Positions 52,831 to 64,000 of a stretch of 64,000 bases of DNA are shown one piece after another (position 1 is the first letter of the stretch; each line of letters starts with the position of its first letter). A model generated the notes under the pieces. It was not told the DNA's origin. It was given only the letters and a program-made list of their open reading frames with translations, and searched no databases. Source of the stretch: Catajapyx aquilonaris (taxonomy: Eukaryota); contig JYFJ02001448.1 of NCBI GenBank assembly GCA_000934665.2, positions 1-64,000 of the forward strand, given 5' to 3'. The position numbers and the translations under genes are program-made.

Positions 52831-54459
52831 GGAAGAGCAAACAAACAGCTGATGTCAGGCAAGAGATGGCTGGCTGGGGTGGAATGGGCTTCGGGGCACG
52901 GGCAGGGGAGCTAGTAAGAGAGAAGGAAGGGATTCCCACCAACTGGCTCTTGGGGGATCCGCGGGGGGTGCCAAGGGAGGGCTTATCCCTCGGTGCAGGC
53001 TGTGGGCACCGGGTGAACCTCCCTGCACCTGACTGAGCCCTCATGTCCGTTGTTTGGTGGGTGGGTGGCCGCTTCGGCTTTTTTTTATATCCAACTTTTT
53101 GAATCCGGGTGGGGGTGGTGGGCTGTGCTCCCAACGCCTGCATCCTCTTGTTGTTGTTGTTGTCGTTGGGCGGAGGCCACCAACGGCTACTCGTACTTTG
53201 GCGGGATTAGTGTCTGGGGATGATAGGCGCACCTCATCTAAATACAATCATGTCCAACTGGAGTAGAACTTTTCCTTTTATGAGCGCTATTTTTACTTGA
53301 ACTCTGCCCCATCATTAGTCACCAATGCGGGATCGCACTGATAATTTCACATTTAAAACTAAATTTTCCAGGTCCAGCATTTCAAAATAATTGTAGGTAA
53401 TGTAGTTCAGTCATTGACCTAATAATGAAGATGGCACACAAAAAGTCAAATGGTATGGCATATGAAAGCGATCTGCAGGAAAATAATGCATCTTACTTGA
53501 TTATATTTAGTATCAGGCTGGGAGATATCCACTGGGTGTCACCTGAATCACAGGCATATCGGGGTGACATGCTTTATGTATGACTCCAGTGCACAACCTC
53601 ATGCATTTCTTATATATAAAATTTTTAAAACATTTCACTTCTAAAAATATCCAGTCAGTCTTGATATCAGATCAATGTGGATAATGCACTGCTTATGACA
53701 AGCATTGCAACACTACTGATATGTCCTCTTGCCAAGCAGATCTTCAATAATTAACGTATAGGAATGTGGCATACACCATGCAGTAACTAATATCGTGTCT
53801 TTAAAACCTAAACCGTACACGGTACATAAAAATGCTGAAATGTTTCCAAGGTGCAGCTTGAATCAAACGGTATCTGAAGTGCACTTTCATCACATGACTT
53901 CCAAGTTAATCTGTAAGCTGTAAACACTGAAAGTAAATACAAGGAAGGTGAAAAAATCTAATGTAAATCTGATTGCCTAAGGCCCGTCACATTAAATACT
54001 GTATCACTTGCTGAGGCACAGGATATCAGAACCTACGCAATATATTTGTAAGTCAGAAATACATTCAACATACCCTCCCACCCCACAAGATTGTAAGGGG
54101 CAGGTGGCACACAAAATGAATAAATAAATAAACAAATAATATATTCAACGTAGCATAATTTGAATTATTAGCATTCATGTGGAAATCCCAAAGTGGCCCC
54201 ACATCATATGTCGTAAGTTGAAAATATCACTTGTTCCACGTTTTGTGGTTTATCGCTACACTGGTGACGTTCCTGAGTGAGACAATCACTATGACCTCCA
54301 TGTGACTCATGACATATTCTGATATCACTTCAACTTGTAAAAATAATCTGTAGTAGATCCCTGGAGGAGCAAAAAAAGGGCTTCACAGACTGATTGGAGC
54401 CTTTGCAGTTAATCTTGATCATGACTTACAAGAGTGCAAACCCTGTCCAATGTACGGTA

Positions 54460-54574
54460 CAGTGCTGGATATATTAGCAGTCCCTAAATGTTTATTTTTT
54501 AGCATTGGCGGCACTGGTGTTACCTGGCAACTAAGTAAACATTTACGGACTGCTAATAATTATGTCCAGCACTG
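54460..54574. mobile_element. Tc1/mariner-type MITE (115 bp)
   Basis: TA|CAGTGCTGGATATATTAGCAGTCCCTAAATGTTTA ... TAAACATTTACGGACTGCTAATAATTATGTCCAGCACTG|TA. Imperfect TIRs of about 35 bp start with the Tc1-like CAGTGCTGG and are flanked by a TA duplication. Confidence 0.85.
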
Positions 54575-56386
54575 TACTGTACTGTACTAGAGGGTTGACT
54601 AATGGAGTAGAGCCTATCACAGCTACTGTATCATCTTAAATGTGATTACATACCGCGGAAAAACATATGCTGATGTTAACTGAAAGACAACAAAACAGCT
54701 TACACTATATTATTTGATGATAATATTCACACAGACAAGATCAAATTTGTTTAATTCAGCAATGGGTAAGCTTCATAATAATGACACATTAAAAGCAATC
54801 ATCCTCCCAGCACTAGCGGATTGTACTCTCAGATATGTTTGAACAAACATTCCCTTTGCTCGCATATGTATCCCTGCCCGCAGTACTTGAACTTTCATCA
54901 AGGAGGAGAGGAAATATTGATTTTACCATGAGGCACAGCATTTTAATGGATGCAGTTGCTACTAACTTCTTGTGCAAAAAGAAACTCAATGTTTTCATTT
55001 CTCTGCTTTTGAGATGTGAAATTAAGGATTGAAAATTTTGATTTTAATTTTTCAGATATCATATCTGCACATAAGGAGTTATGGATTATAACTTTAAAGT
55101 TAAAAGATTGGTTATAATTTATTATAATGCACAATTTTTGAGTTGCACTTCTTCACTCAAGTTTGAGCTTTAACAAACATTATGATTTCACTTGCACACT
55201 ATGGATACCTATTTTAGGCGCCATTTGAAAGGTAAGCACATAATTGACTATAAAACTTTACTTTTGCTAAGAAATGAAATTAAATCACGGAAAAAGGGGA
55301 TGAAACAGCTTCAGATAAAAGTGAGCTTCAATTCATAGGTCTGATCAGATCTGCATATGTCCATCAGTTGGTCATGACCATTTGCTTAGCAAACTTTGGT
55401 GCCACTGGTCTCCAACTCTGGACGGACACATAACTCTCCTTTGGTACTGGGTGGGTCATCTCAGGTTAGTATTGATGGTACTCTTGTAAGTATATGCTCC
55501 TGAGTCAAGATGGCCCCTCCAATATTGCTATATAAGAGTGGTTAGATTGCATGAGCCATGCAGGAAGTGCTCACCTGCCAATCAAGCTACCAACTTGACT
55601 CAGGGCTGTATGGGGGTGTAGACCGACACGGATGAGCTGATTTCTGTTTTATGTAGTACATATAACCATATCGATTGATTAGATCTAGGCAAATAAGGTC
55701 ATGAGGCATGTTGTGAGGAGGTCAGTTGGCTCTTTCAGTAGATTGGTCAATTCAATTCAGAATTATAATTACTATGCCATGGTTATAGCAACTAACGCAG
55801 GTTCAATGTCCTCACAGAGCTAGTCATGTCCTAATCCTGAAAAAGATGCTTACAGTTTTGAACTTTTATGCCTAGAAGCAACTGATCCTCTAGTGGTGTG
55901 CCAGAAGAGAAGCACATCATTTCCTTTTTTAAAATCACGTTCTGTTGTTTAATGTGTGATTAATGGTTTCTCATTATCTACCAAGTGGAACTGAACCTTA
56001 CCTATCACAAACACAATGGTCGTGATGTGTCCCAAATAAATATATAAAGAGGCATTTGGGGCCAGTGTGTCATCAGGCCCTGCATGTCATGCATGGATGG
56101 ATCTCAGTAAACACTGCCATCCTCATTGCATTTTGTTTCAAGAGGCCACCTGTTAATTAGAGGGGGACATGACACAAGTGAAAGTGACTGTCATTCTAAC
56201 CAAGCGTTAACGTTTATTTCTGGAACACTTCAATGCAGGAGTGAGCAACAATGGAACGTAATAAATATCAGGTACAAATGAAATGCCGTGTGTGCTCAAG
56301 TGGCAACTCAACGGTATAATACTGCAGCTAAGCCACTGTAGTGTGGCTTTGAGTGACTAGAATAAGATTTTAGCTCCCAGCATCAA

Positions 56387-56506
56387 CTACATGTGTCGGA
56401 CAGCTGAGACATCCAGAAGTTGTAATGCGTTAGCTAAAACCTGTCTGACAGCCTTCAAAAGGTGAATCCGTGCAAAGAGGGCTGGGAGAAGGTGACTGCG
56501 AGGTTC
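56387..56506 (-). CDS. DALRD3: DALR anticodon-binding domain-containing protein 3, last coding exon
   Basis: ttattacag|EPRSHLLPALFARIHLLKAVRQVLANALQLLDVSAVRHM*, the DALR C-terminal helix. Minus-strand AATAAA at 56213-56218. Not in the ORF track. Confidence 0.9.
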   Translation of the reverse strand, partial: EPRSHLLPALFARIHLLKAVRQVLANALQLLDVSAVRHM

Positions 56507-57073
56507 CTGTAATAACAAAAGTGCAAGGTTGATTCAATTGGTTCATTTAGTGCTGGGTTATGCTTGTAAAGAGTGATGTAAGGGAATCACCAAAAGTCTA
56601 ACACTCTAACTGGTGTTGACTCTTTGTTGACGGTACATTAGGGAAATTTTTCAAGAATGACAGGAGAGACTGACGCACAAAACTGTCAAGCAAGGTGTGA
56701 AGACTAACACTGAGAGTTAATATTCTGAAGCATTCTGTGTATTGCAGATGACTGCAGAAGAGATGTACTCACATGATGAGGTAACAGCCTTGCATTTCAT
56801 TCTGGGATAGATTCTCACATATGGAAATGTATTTTTTCTGTTTGGTTTATTTTTAAATTCACAACTGCTCTCACTTGGTCAATCAGTTAAAACTTTGACT
56901 TATGAAACTATGTCCTATCTGGATTTCATTGCCTGATCTGCACAAAACTGAAGAAATGAACTACAGGTATTGCAGGCCTGGGGTCTTTTTGGACATGTAC
57001 TATTCATGACAAGAAAATATCCTGAAACTAATCTGCAACTGTTGCAAATCATGCACAATACTACCTGACTCAC

Positions 57074-57241
57074 CACAAGAATGCGGATCTTGCTGTAGTA
57101 GCTGCTGATGGCACTTCCAAATGCTGTCAAGAACTGGCAGATGGAATGGGTGAGGACCTTTCCTTGTGCTGCTCCTTGTGTGCAACTTCGGACCAGGTGT
57201 GGAAATGGAAGAAGGTAGTCAAACACCAGCTCCCACTCCTC
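57074..57241 (-). CDS. DALRD3: DALRD3 coding exon 5 (DALR domain)
   Basis: EEWELVFDYLLPFPHLVRSC...HSICQFLTAFGSAISSYYSKIRILV. Acceptor ttttcag, donor |gtgagt, 168 nt, phase 0/0. Confidence 0.92.
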
Positions 57242-57795
57242 CTGAAAATTAACATCCACGTCACTTGAGATTGTAGTAATCAATGCTTAGTAATACCAAA
57301 AGCTAATAACAGTTATTAGCTCTTGGTAATACCAAGGCAAGCCATTACCTACACTAGTGGCATATTCTCATATCTGTGGTAAGTGGCTTACCTGGCTGGT
57401 GGAAAGCCTCTTTGCAACCAGAACCATTGTTGAACTAACTGTAAGTGACTGTTGCAGAAGCATGCCTGATAACAGTGATTCCCAGTAGCAAATAGGCTAC
57501 CAAATGGGTTGGACAGGTCACTTCCTACAGATATGAAAATATTGGGTTGATCTGAGGGAGCATGTTGAAATGGACTGCAGTTAAACAAGATTGGCAAATC
57601 ACATGAGAGTGATCAGAGTAGACTTTTTTATGTTTACTGCTATTGTCCCTAATGTCCGTCACAGGACTGGGTCTGAAACTGAAACCACCCATAACTCATT
57701 TTTGGTCAAAAGTGGACTTACCCTTTTCTCCCTCCCTCCTCCTAACCCCAGACGGCCACTTTCCTCTTTAAAAAATCTATCCTAGCAAACCCATA

Positions 57796-58131
57796 TTTTA
57801 GACCTTTTCTCAGCCATCGAAAAAAGTCATATTGCACGGCTGTCCGCCTGTGGATAGGTATCAGGTATCGTGGGTAGGAGGAGGGAAGGGGGAAAGGGTG
57901 ATCTGGGGAGGGGGCGGTGCGGTGGGGACACTGGGAGGTCAGGGGAAAGGGCCGGTCAGGGTAGGGGATGGTGGGGGGAGGGGGAGCCAGGGGGAAGGGG
58001 TGGATAGAGTGAACCCAGAACCCGAAAATCGGAAAAAAGTCATAGCACGGCTCTGTCTGTCTGTCTGATACCTGACCACAGGCAGGCAGGGCCGTTCTAT
58101 AGGACTTTTTTCTCTCGAAAAAGTCTTAAAA
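57796..58131. mobile_element. Degenerate inverted-repeat element (MITE or Helentron/HINE-like) in DALRD3 intron
   Basis: The left end ttttagaccttttc...aaaaaagtcatattgcacggctgtccgcctgtggataggtatcag resembles the reverse complement of the right end (ttttaagactttttcgagagaaaaaagtcctatagaacggccctgcctgcctgtggtcaggtatcag). It has terminal AGACTTTT/AAAAGTC hairpins, a (CTGT)n tract and a G-rich core. Confidence 0.55.
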
Positions 58132-58211
58132 GGAGTGATTATCATCTACTCACCACCTTCATAAATTGGATGACCTTTATAATGTGAGACTAGCAATCAT
58201 ATTTACTATAC

Positions 58212-58688
58212 CTCCTTATTGAGCACACTGAGATCAACTTCTGCCAGCAACGGAAGTGGTGGACAGGATCCACTAGCCACCATCTGATCAAATCTGGCCA
58301 ATATGGCTGCCACTCTTGCAAAGTTGTACATGATGAAGGCTGCTCCTTTTGTCCCTGCTGCCCTTCCTGGTCGCTGCTGCCCTCTGACATCAAGCACAAG
58401 GTGACCTCCTAGTCTGACCCCAAGAAGGTCAACTTTGACTGCTGCATCTGCAAGTGAACTGAGGCACGAGCCCCAGTCTTCTAAGTCGCCCGTCTTATGC
58501 CTTGCTGCTGCTTCCATATCCTCCAGACGTAACCCATAGTATTCCCTTGAAGACATGACTTCTTTGCAGTGCTGCTCCTTGGAAGTGACAACACCTGCGA
58601 GTAACTGAACAGCTCCATTTGGGACTGAGGATGATCTTGTTGTCAGATAAAGATGCAATGGAGTTGTCTCCTCTTCATCCAATACAAC
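58212..58688 (-). CDS. DALRD3: DALRD3 coding exon 4
   Basis: VVLDEEE...LADAAVKVDLL...GTKGAAFIMYNFARVAAILARFDQMVASGSCPPLPLLAEVDLSVLNKE, with the DALRD3 FxMYNxAR motif. Acceptor cattag, donor |gtatag, 477 nt. Confidence 0.92.
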
Positions 58689-58969
58689 CTAATGTTGGCA
58701 AATTGACATGTACTTGTTACTATTATGAATTGGTAAGATCAAGGGATATGGATGTAATAAGTTTTAATACCAATCTGCAGGCGATTTTCGGCTTTGAATG
58801 TCTTAAAATTGTTTCATCATGAAAATATACACACTTGTTATAAATTAATTTTTCATTCATTATTATTAACTCCATTTCAAATCGTGACTAAAATCACACG
58901 TATCCCTCTTGGAAGTAAAATTAACAGCTGAATATGCCAAGAAAAAATTAAAATTGAACAGTGTTTGAC

Positions 58970-59272
58970 CTGGTATCCTGAAGCTTCTAACAGTCGCTGC
59001 AGATGCATTTTGAGTAATATGAGGCGAAGAGAGCTCAGGTCCATGGTGGATTCGTTCAGGTTTGGGTTAACATCAGCAGTCAGGCGAACTGTGGCCCCTC
59101 CACCACTAGGTGGAAGCCTTCCATAAGAGGTGCCACTCTCCTGTATCTGCTGCAAAACAGAACGGGTGGCTGCAGAACGCTCCAATGCCACTATGCAGCG
59201 GTCATCACGAATCAATACACTCTGAATGGGGAGAGGCCATGACGAACTGCCTTCCACCAGCCAGCCAGGAAT
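58970..59272 (-). CDS. DALRD3: DALRD3 coding exon 3
   Basis: IPGWLVEGSSSWPLPIQSVLIRDDRCIVALERS...YG...DLSSLRLILLKMHLQRLLEASGYQ. Acceptor gacacag, donor CAG|gtcaaa, 303 nt, phase 0/0. Confidence 0.85.
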
Positions 59273-59381
59273 CTGTGTCAAGTAGAGAAAGAGCTTTCTT
59301 TGATATGTTGATATGAATGGCTATATCACACCAAAGGCTTTTTGGTGCACATGGAAATGGAATAAACCTTAACTAATGCAC

Positions 59382-59752
59382 CTTATCATGATCAAATGCC
59401 CCTTGGTTGTCCATAGCAGACATTCTGGTGAGTACACAACATGGCCCCTCTTCATATGCTGGTTGGTAATTGTTCCCAAGTTCCCAGTCCATAAAAGCTT
59501 GCACCATTTCTTCCTCCTCCTCCCCACCTTCCTCCCATGCACCTGCCACTGCCCCTACACCTGCTGTTATTCCAGTGGAGGTGGCTACCACTGCAGCCCT
59601 CCTCCACTGACGCAATGACAGAGGAAAACTGAGGTCCCCCACCCTAATTCTTGCATGGTGCTTCCTCACAACTGCGGTCACTCCTCCCAGGTGACTGTCA
59701 TGAAGGTGAAGGGCCAGCTGAAGTTTCACACTGGACAGCTGAGAAGATTCAT
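59382..59752 (-). CDS. DALRD3: DALRD3 coding exon 2
   Basis: ttttacag|AT GAA TCT... gives ...VVRKHHARIRVGDLSFPLSLRQW...FDHDK. Donor AAG|gtgcat, 371 nt, phase 1 to phase 0. Confidence 0.75.
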
Positions 59753-60149
59753 CTGTAAAAATATTTATTTTTTATGACTGACAAAGAATGATGGAAACAA
59801 CAGGCTTTTTCTTTGCCAGAAATGCACAGAAATATTGACCAGCAAATGATTCAATGAAAGTTCATTCAACGTTAGGCTATTTCCACGTTAAAGGAGTTAA
59901 AAGATTTTGTTAAAAACTGCTTTTCAGTGGGTAAATTGAGGAATACTTGCAATATTAATCTTATCCTGGAAACCATCACAGCTTGCATCACAGTGCATTG
60001 GTTTGTGCTATGTCATTCCTTGGCAACAATGGGTGTAGGGTGCAACTGTAGTGCAGTGGAACTGTTACAACTTCAAGTTCCCAAATTCAAAGTAGTTCAT
60101 AATAGTCGTTGTGAAACTTTATTTATTAGTTGGAGGAAAACTAAATTAA

Positions 60150-60431
60150 CCCTGGAACCGTGACGTGCCTGAAAGTTACGGCGACCGTGACGTGGGGTTT
60201 TTTAGGACCCCATCCATATTTTAATTTTTATAAATTTTTATACAATACTTTTCAATGTATTGACTATATGCAATCACTCTTTGAACAATGCCTAAAATGA
60301 TTGCTAATTCAAAATAAACATGCACTTCCTGTATATACTTTTTTTAAATGGCAGAAGTTCATTGTAATTTTAATTTTAATGCATTTTAATTCCTTTGGGG
60401 TCCTAAAAGACCCCACCTCATGGTTCCAGGG
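60150..60431. mobile_element. piggyBac-family MITE (282 bp) in DALRD3 intron
   Basis: TTAA|CCCTGGAACCGTGA ... TCATGGTTCCAGGG|TTAA: TTAA target duplication and CCC...GGG TIRs. Asymmetrically spaced internal inverted repeats gtggggttttttaggacccca (about 60192) and tggggtcctaaaagaccccac (about 60396). Confidence 0.92.
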
Positions 60432-60800
60432 TTAAGGTGTGTTAACATGCCTCTAAATTGGTGCTCCCTAGTGTAGTCCATATGCTTTTCAACACCAATT
60501 TTGTGTAGCACACCCCCAAATATTCATCCGCCTGGGTATTTTTCCACCCACACTCCCCTCAGCAAAAATGACAATCATGATAACTGATTTGAGCTGGCCT
60601 ATTCAACATACCCACTTGGCCTTCCACTGTTAGATACAGTTGATCACTTGTGACTGATACAATTAATGTTTAACCAATTCCTCAAGAAGTTGAGTGACTT
60701 GTCCTAATAAACATTTGAATATGAATTCTGTTCTCAAGTCATTCGTATGGGACCCTGCTTGTCCAACCGCATTGCAGCACATGACAAGGTACATACGTAC

Positions 60801-60900
60801 AGGTGGTATCGTGCGCATCATCCTGCTCCAGCTGTGATGTCTCCCAGTGTGTGAGCAGGCTGGAGGAGAGGTCACAGGTGAAGGTGTCCAGCAAGTTCAT
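60801..60900 (-). CDS. DALRD3: DALRD3 probable first coding exon
   Basis: GCCATGA start is the first in-frame ATG after a stop. Reads MNLLDTFTCDLSSSLLTHWETSQLEQDDAHDTT. Donor T|gtacgt is phase 1, matching exon 2. The assembled CDS is 1539 nt (512 aa). An upstream extension through the acceptor at 60953 cannot be excluded. Confidence 0.6.
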
Positions 60901-63900
60901 GGCTGAGTGCTGACCCTTCCTACTTGGATCCACTGCTTCTGTAACGGTGCAGCTAAAGGAAGGCTAAAGTAAGGACCATCACCTCATCTGCTGTTGTCTG
61001 CATCTAGAGTACGTGCCTGAGAAGGTGCTTAGTGGGCCAGAAAGCAGCAGCTGGGCTTGATGGTTGCTGCAGCGTTTGTTGTCCAAACCCAGCCTCACTT
61101 GGTCCTTCCTTGTTCCTTCCTGCATGAACTGGATGAGTCGATTATGGAGCGTTCTGACTCTGTGGTTGGCGGACTGGTCCACAGGTGGCAGCACCACACA
61201 CTCACGGCCCAATCAGGGGGGTTGGCGGCGGGTGCTGCTCTTTTGAATGGACGGTTCCTCTTGCCTCATAATGTAGAAGAAAAGAAAAAATTCATGCATA
61301 TTTCTACGGGGCAGGAAAAGGCTCTATAGCTGAAAACTGACTTACATGCTCACATAGTTGTACGTACGGTACAATAGCATTAGATTACAAGATGCTTAAT
61401 CCAACTTCGGCGAAAGTGTGATCGATCGTTCCGCATTTTATGCCATCAGATCCATGTTATCCTACTTCTATATGAAACAGCTGCTATGAAAATGTGACTA
61501 TTCTGACGCATGATCGACAGACACATTTTTCCCAAACTTTTTTCACAGTCCATTGCTTTAATGCTGCCATACGGATTCGGTTCACTCGAAAGAATATCAT
61601 AAAGGCCTATCTATGCTTGTTACGGACAATTTTAGAATTTAGCTCCGTCAGAAAAGGGGATGTGCAGAAATTAATGCACCACTACTGTTATTAAAGAGCA
61701 TCTGGTGTTACACAATCATCACATAATGAAAATTCCGGGTGCCATAATTTTAAATTAAAATAAATACTACGTACAGTATTTGCCTGTAGCTCCAGGTATT
61801 CTTTACTCCAAAAACATGAAAATGAGTTGTCTGACAGGATTCCGCGAAGGCATCAATATATAGCATTATAACCAGTACATCCACGTATTTCCTTACTTCG
61901 CTGAGCAATATTTAATTGTATCTAGAATGAAAACAGGTATTAAAAAATTGGGAACGTAAAAGAATTATTTTATTATGTAGACGATGTTCGAAAAGCTGTT
62001 TTTGTTACAGATTTGAGACCAACTTTTTATACTCTGTTTTGATGACAGATACAACTGTATACATCGTAAACACTACTGTACGGGTACGTTAGAATAAGGG
62101 AGCACAAGAGTACAATGCCCATACGATGGACGTCTTGTGCGCCTGTACTTTGGAAGAACCATAGAACCTGCAGGCAACGCTCTAGTGCCTATGACATAGC
62201 TAGAAATCACTTCTGCAAACACTCCACTCATCTTTCTTTTTTTTTTACGTCATTATATATTTTTTGATCGATCACATTCTAGAGTCTTGGGAAAATTGCG
62301 TGTAACTTCCACTCCACACTCTGATCCCTCAAACTGTACTTAGGTTACCCTTGCTTTCTCCGCAAGGTAAGAAAGGAAACGCACAGTTATATTTTCATAA
62401 GTATACCACTGTGGTGATTTGTCATGCTCTAAAAGTAAAAATCCCCAATTCTGTGGGGCACGTTGAGGACACACATCTCTCCGAATGTGGGTTGAACCGT
62501 ACAAGTTTGGCTCTGCCGACTATTGGCAAAAGCAGCAATTTGCATATGAGAAATAAGTACACTGACAGTGAGTACAATCAAAGAAACAAATGCCGTTTAA
62601 GAAACATACGTACATGTACAAATTCCAACTTATCGTTTTGGAAGACAATTCCGTGTGTGCATAGTTGCAGTTTAGATCATGCACAGTCAGCCGCAGATTT
62701 GTCTCTTACAGTGTCACTTATGTAACTGCACAAGTGTATGAAGGATTCAGAGTCAAAAAATATCTGCCAAAAATCATGGAAAAGGTTTCCCACATCATGC
62801 ATAAGTTTTCAGGCTGATTGTAAGTCACTTACATTGGCTTCGATCAATGAAAATCAACATTACAGTTCAGCAGGTTAAATTTTCTTCTATAACAGGAAAG
62901 TAGTACAGTTGGTCAAATTGGAGATAATTTTTGCCAAGGAAATCCTTCAAAATTAATAAATTTTCATGCATTATTGTCGGTGGATAGTGCGTGAAAGACA
63001 TGGTTCCAGCATTATTTCGTTGTCTTGATGAACCAATCGCTACCAATATTTCTCTGTATCTGCAATACTGTTTCACAGGCATGTCCCGTTATTGTCACTC
63101 TTAATAACTATACATCTTCACAACACATGTCAACATGGCTTGAGTGCAATCAGACTGGCGAGTAGAGGTACAATCTGCAAAAGCTCAAATATCAGGCGTA
63201 AGCTAACAAATATGTTTTAAAAGCATGCAAGGTTTAGATTCACTAGTCAGATTCAAAGACCTACACCTAAAAATTCACACTACATGCACACTAATCAGTT
63301 ATGCTGCGGAGTACGCCCAAATTGGCTTGTGCCCTTTGTGAGCAAAAATGGGTTGAAATGTGGATCTATCATTGATATGACGTGAAAGTCTTTACTTCTC
63401 AAAGAAGTTGAAGGGGTCAGCAAAATGAAAGCAAATATTGATTTAAAAACTAGTTCAATCATGTCAATATCCAGTCTAATTGCACTCCACTTCTGAAAAC
63501 CAACAATAGACTCCGCATTTTTAACATCAGCCTCAGGTAATAACATCAACTTCTTACCAAACAAACCAACTGAGGATAGACTAATATTATAAAAATCCAA
63601 CGACAGACAATCACGTAATAATAATATTTCCACCAGTCAACAATGGTGAATGTGTTTTCTTACTGTACATGCTTTATGATTGTGCGTGTTAGTCCGTATC
63701 TGTCACGACCATTGTTGAAAAGGAGAGGAATCACATAATATGATACAACTTGCTGCATACTGTAAAGTGTGATGCGTCCAACCTGTGCCTCCGGTGTCTG
63801 TCTGAAGGTGCCCTTCATAACCTTTGTTATTTTTTTGAGGGAGGAGCTTGGGTTTGAGCATGTCCAAGCAGCGAAAGAGGAAGGAATTCTTCTGTCCTAC

Positions 63901-64000
63901 CACCTACCTACACGACTGAATACCTAGCGAAAACTGAGATCTACCACGAGAAAGCCTTCCCTCTTCGTTGCGCCTACACGTGACTCTAAGCAGCCCCAGT

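Noticed and set aside
60953..61212. ORF 60979-61212 as an upstream DALRD3 coding exon (AG|gtgatg joined to the acceptor at 60953)
   Set aside because: The implied intron is only 30 nt, the ORF has no ATG start in the track, and the peptide is unrecognisable. More likely 5'UTR.
63290..63376. Possible box C/D snoRNA on the minus strand (ATGATAG...CTGA)
   Set aside because: The C box is degenerate, no rRNA-complementary guide was recognised, and such motif pairs are common by chance.
1..64000. Prokaryotic-type systems (CRISPR arrays, operons, defence islands) or autonomous TE/viral ORFs
   Set aside because: The sequence is spliced eukaryotic DNA. No repeat-spacer arrays or long transposase, RT or viral ORFs were seen.

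Overview
Eukaryotic, intron-containing invertebrate DNA, most likely arthropod. Three spliced protein-coding genes lie in tandem on the minus strand. (1) An alpha-adrenergic-like octopamine receptor (Oamb/OctalphaR type): coding exons 8289-8002, 6240-6057 and 5041-4375 cover TM1-TM5 and the start of ICL3; the TM6/TM7 exons were not found and probably lie beyond the window start. (2) A complete Mad/Mxi1 (MXD family) bHLH-Zip repressor with six coding exons (49890-49836, 49118-49034, 48130-48101, 34550-34436, 32485-32311, 28982-28843; 600 nt, 199 aa), a 13.5 kb third intron and an apparently very long 3'UTR. (3) DALRD3 with six coding exons (60900-60801, 59752-59382, 59272-58970, 58688-58212, 57241-57074, 56506-56387; about 512 aa). 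All exon phases were checked by hand. Small non-autonomous elements include a Helitron, a piggyBac MITE, a Tc1-like MITE, two tRNA-derived SINEs and a near-perfect 97 bp palindrome. The best novelty candidate is a phase-compatible alternative first exon with its own Inr and C/EBP-ATF motif inside Mad/Mxi1 intron 3. It would give an isoform lacking both the Sin3-interaction domain and the DNA-binding basic region. The surrounding introns are rich in CRE and E-box motifs, and the 3'UTR carries multiple Pumilio elements. Most ORFs in the supplied track look like chance ORFs.
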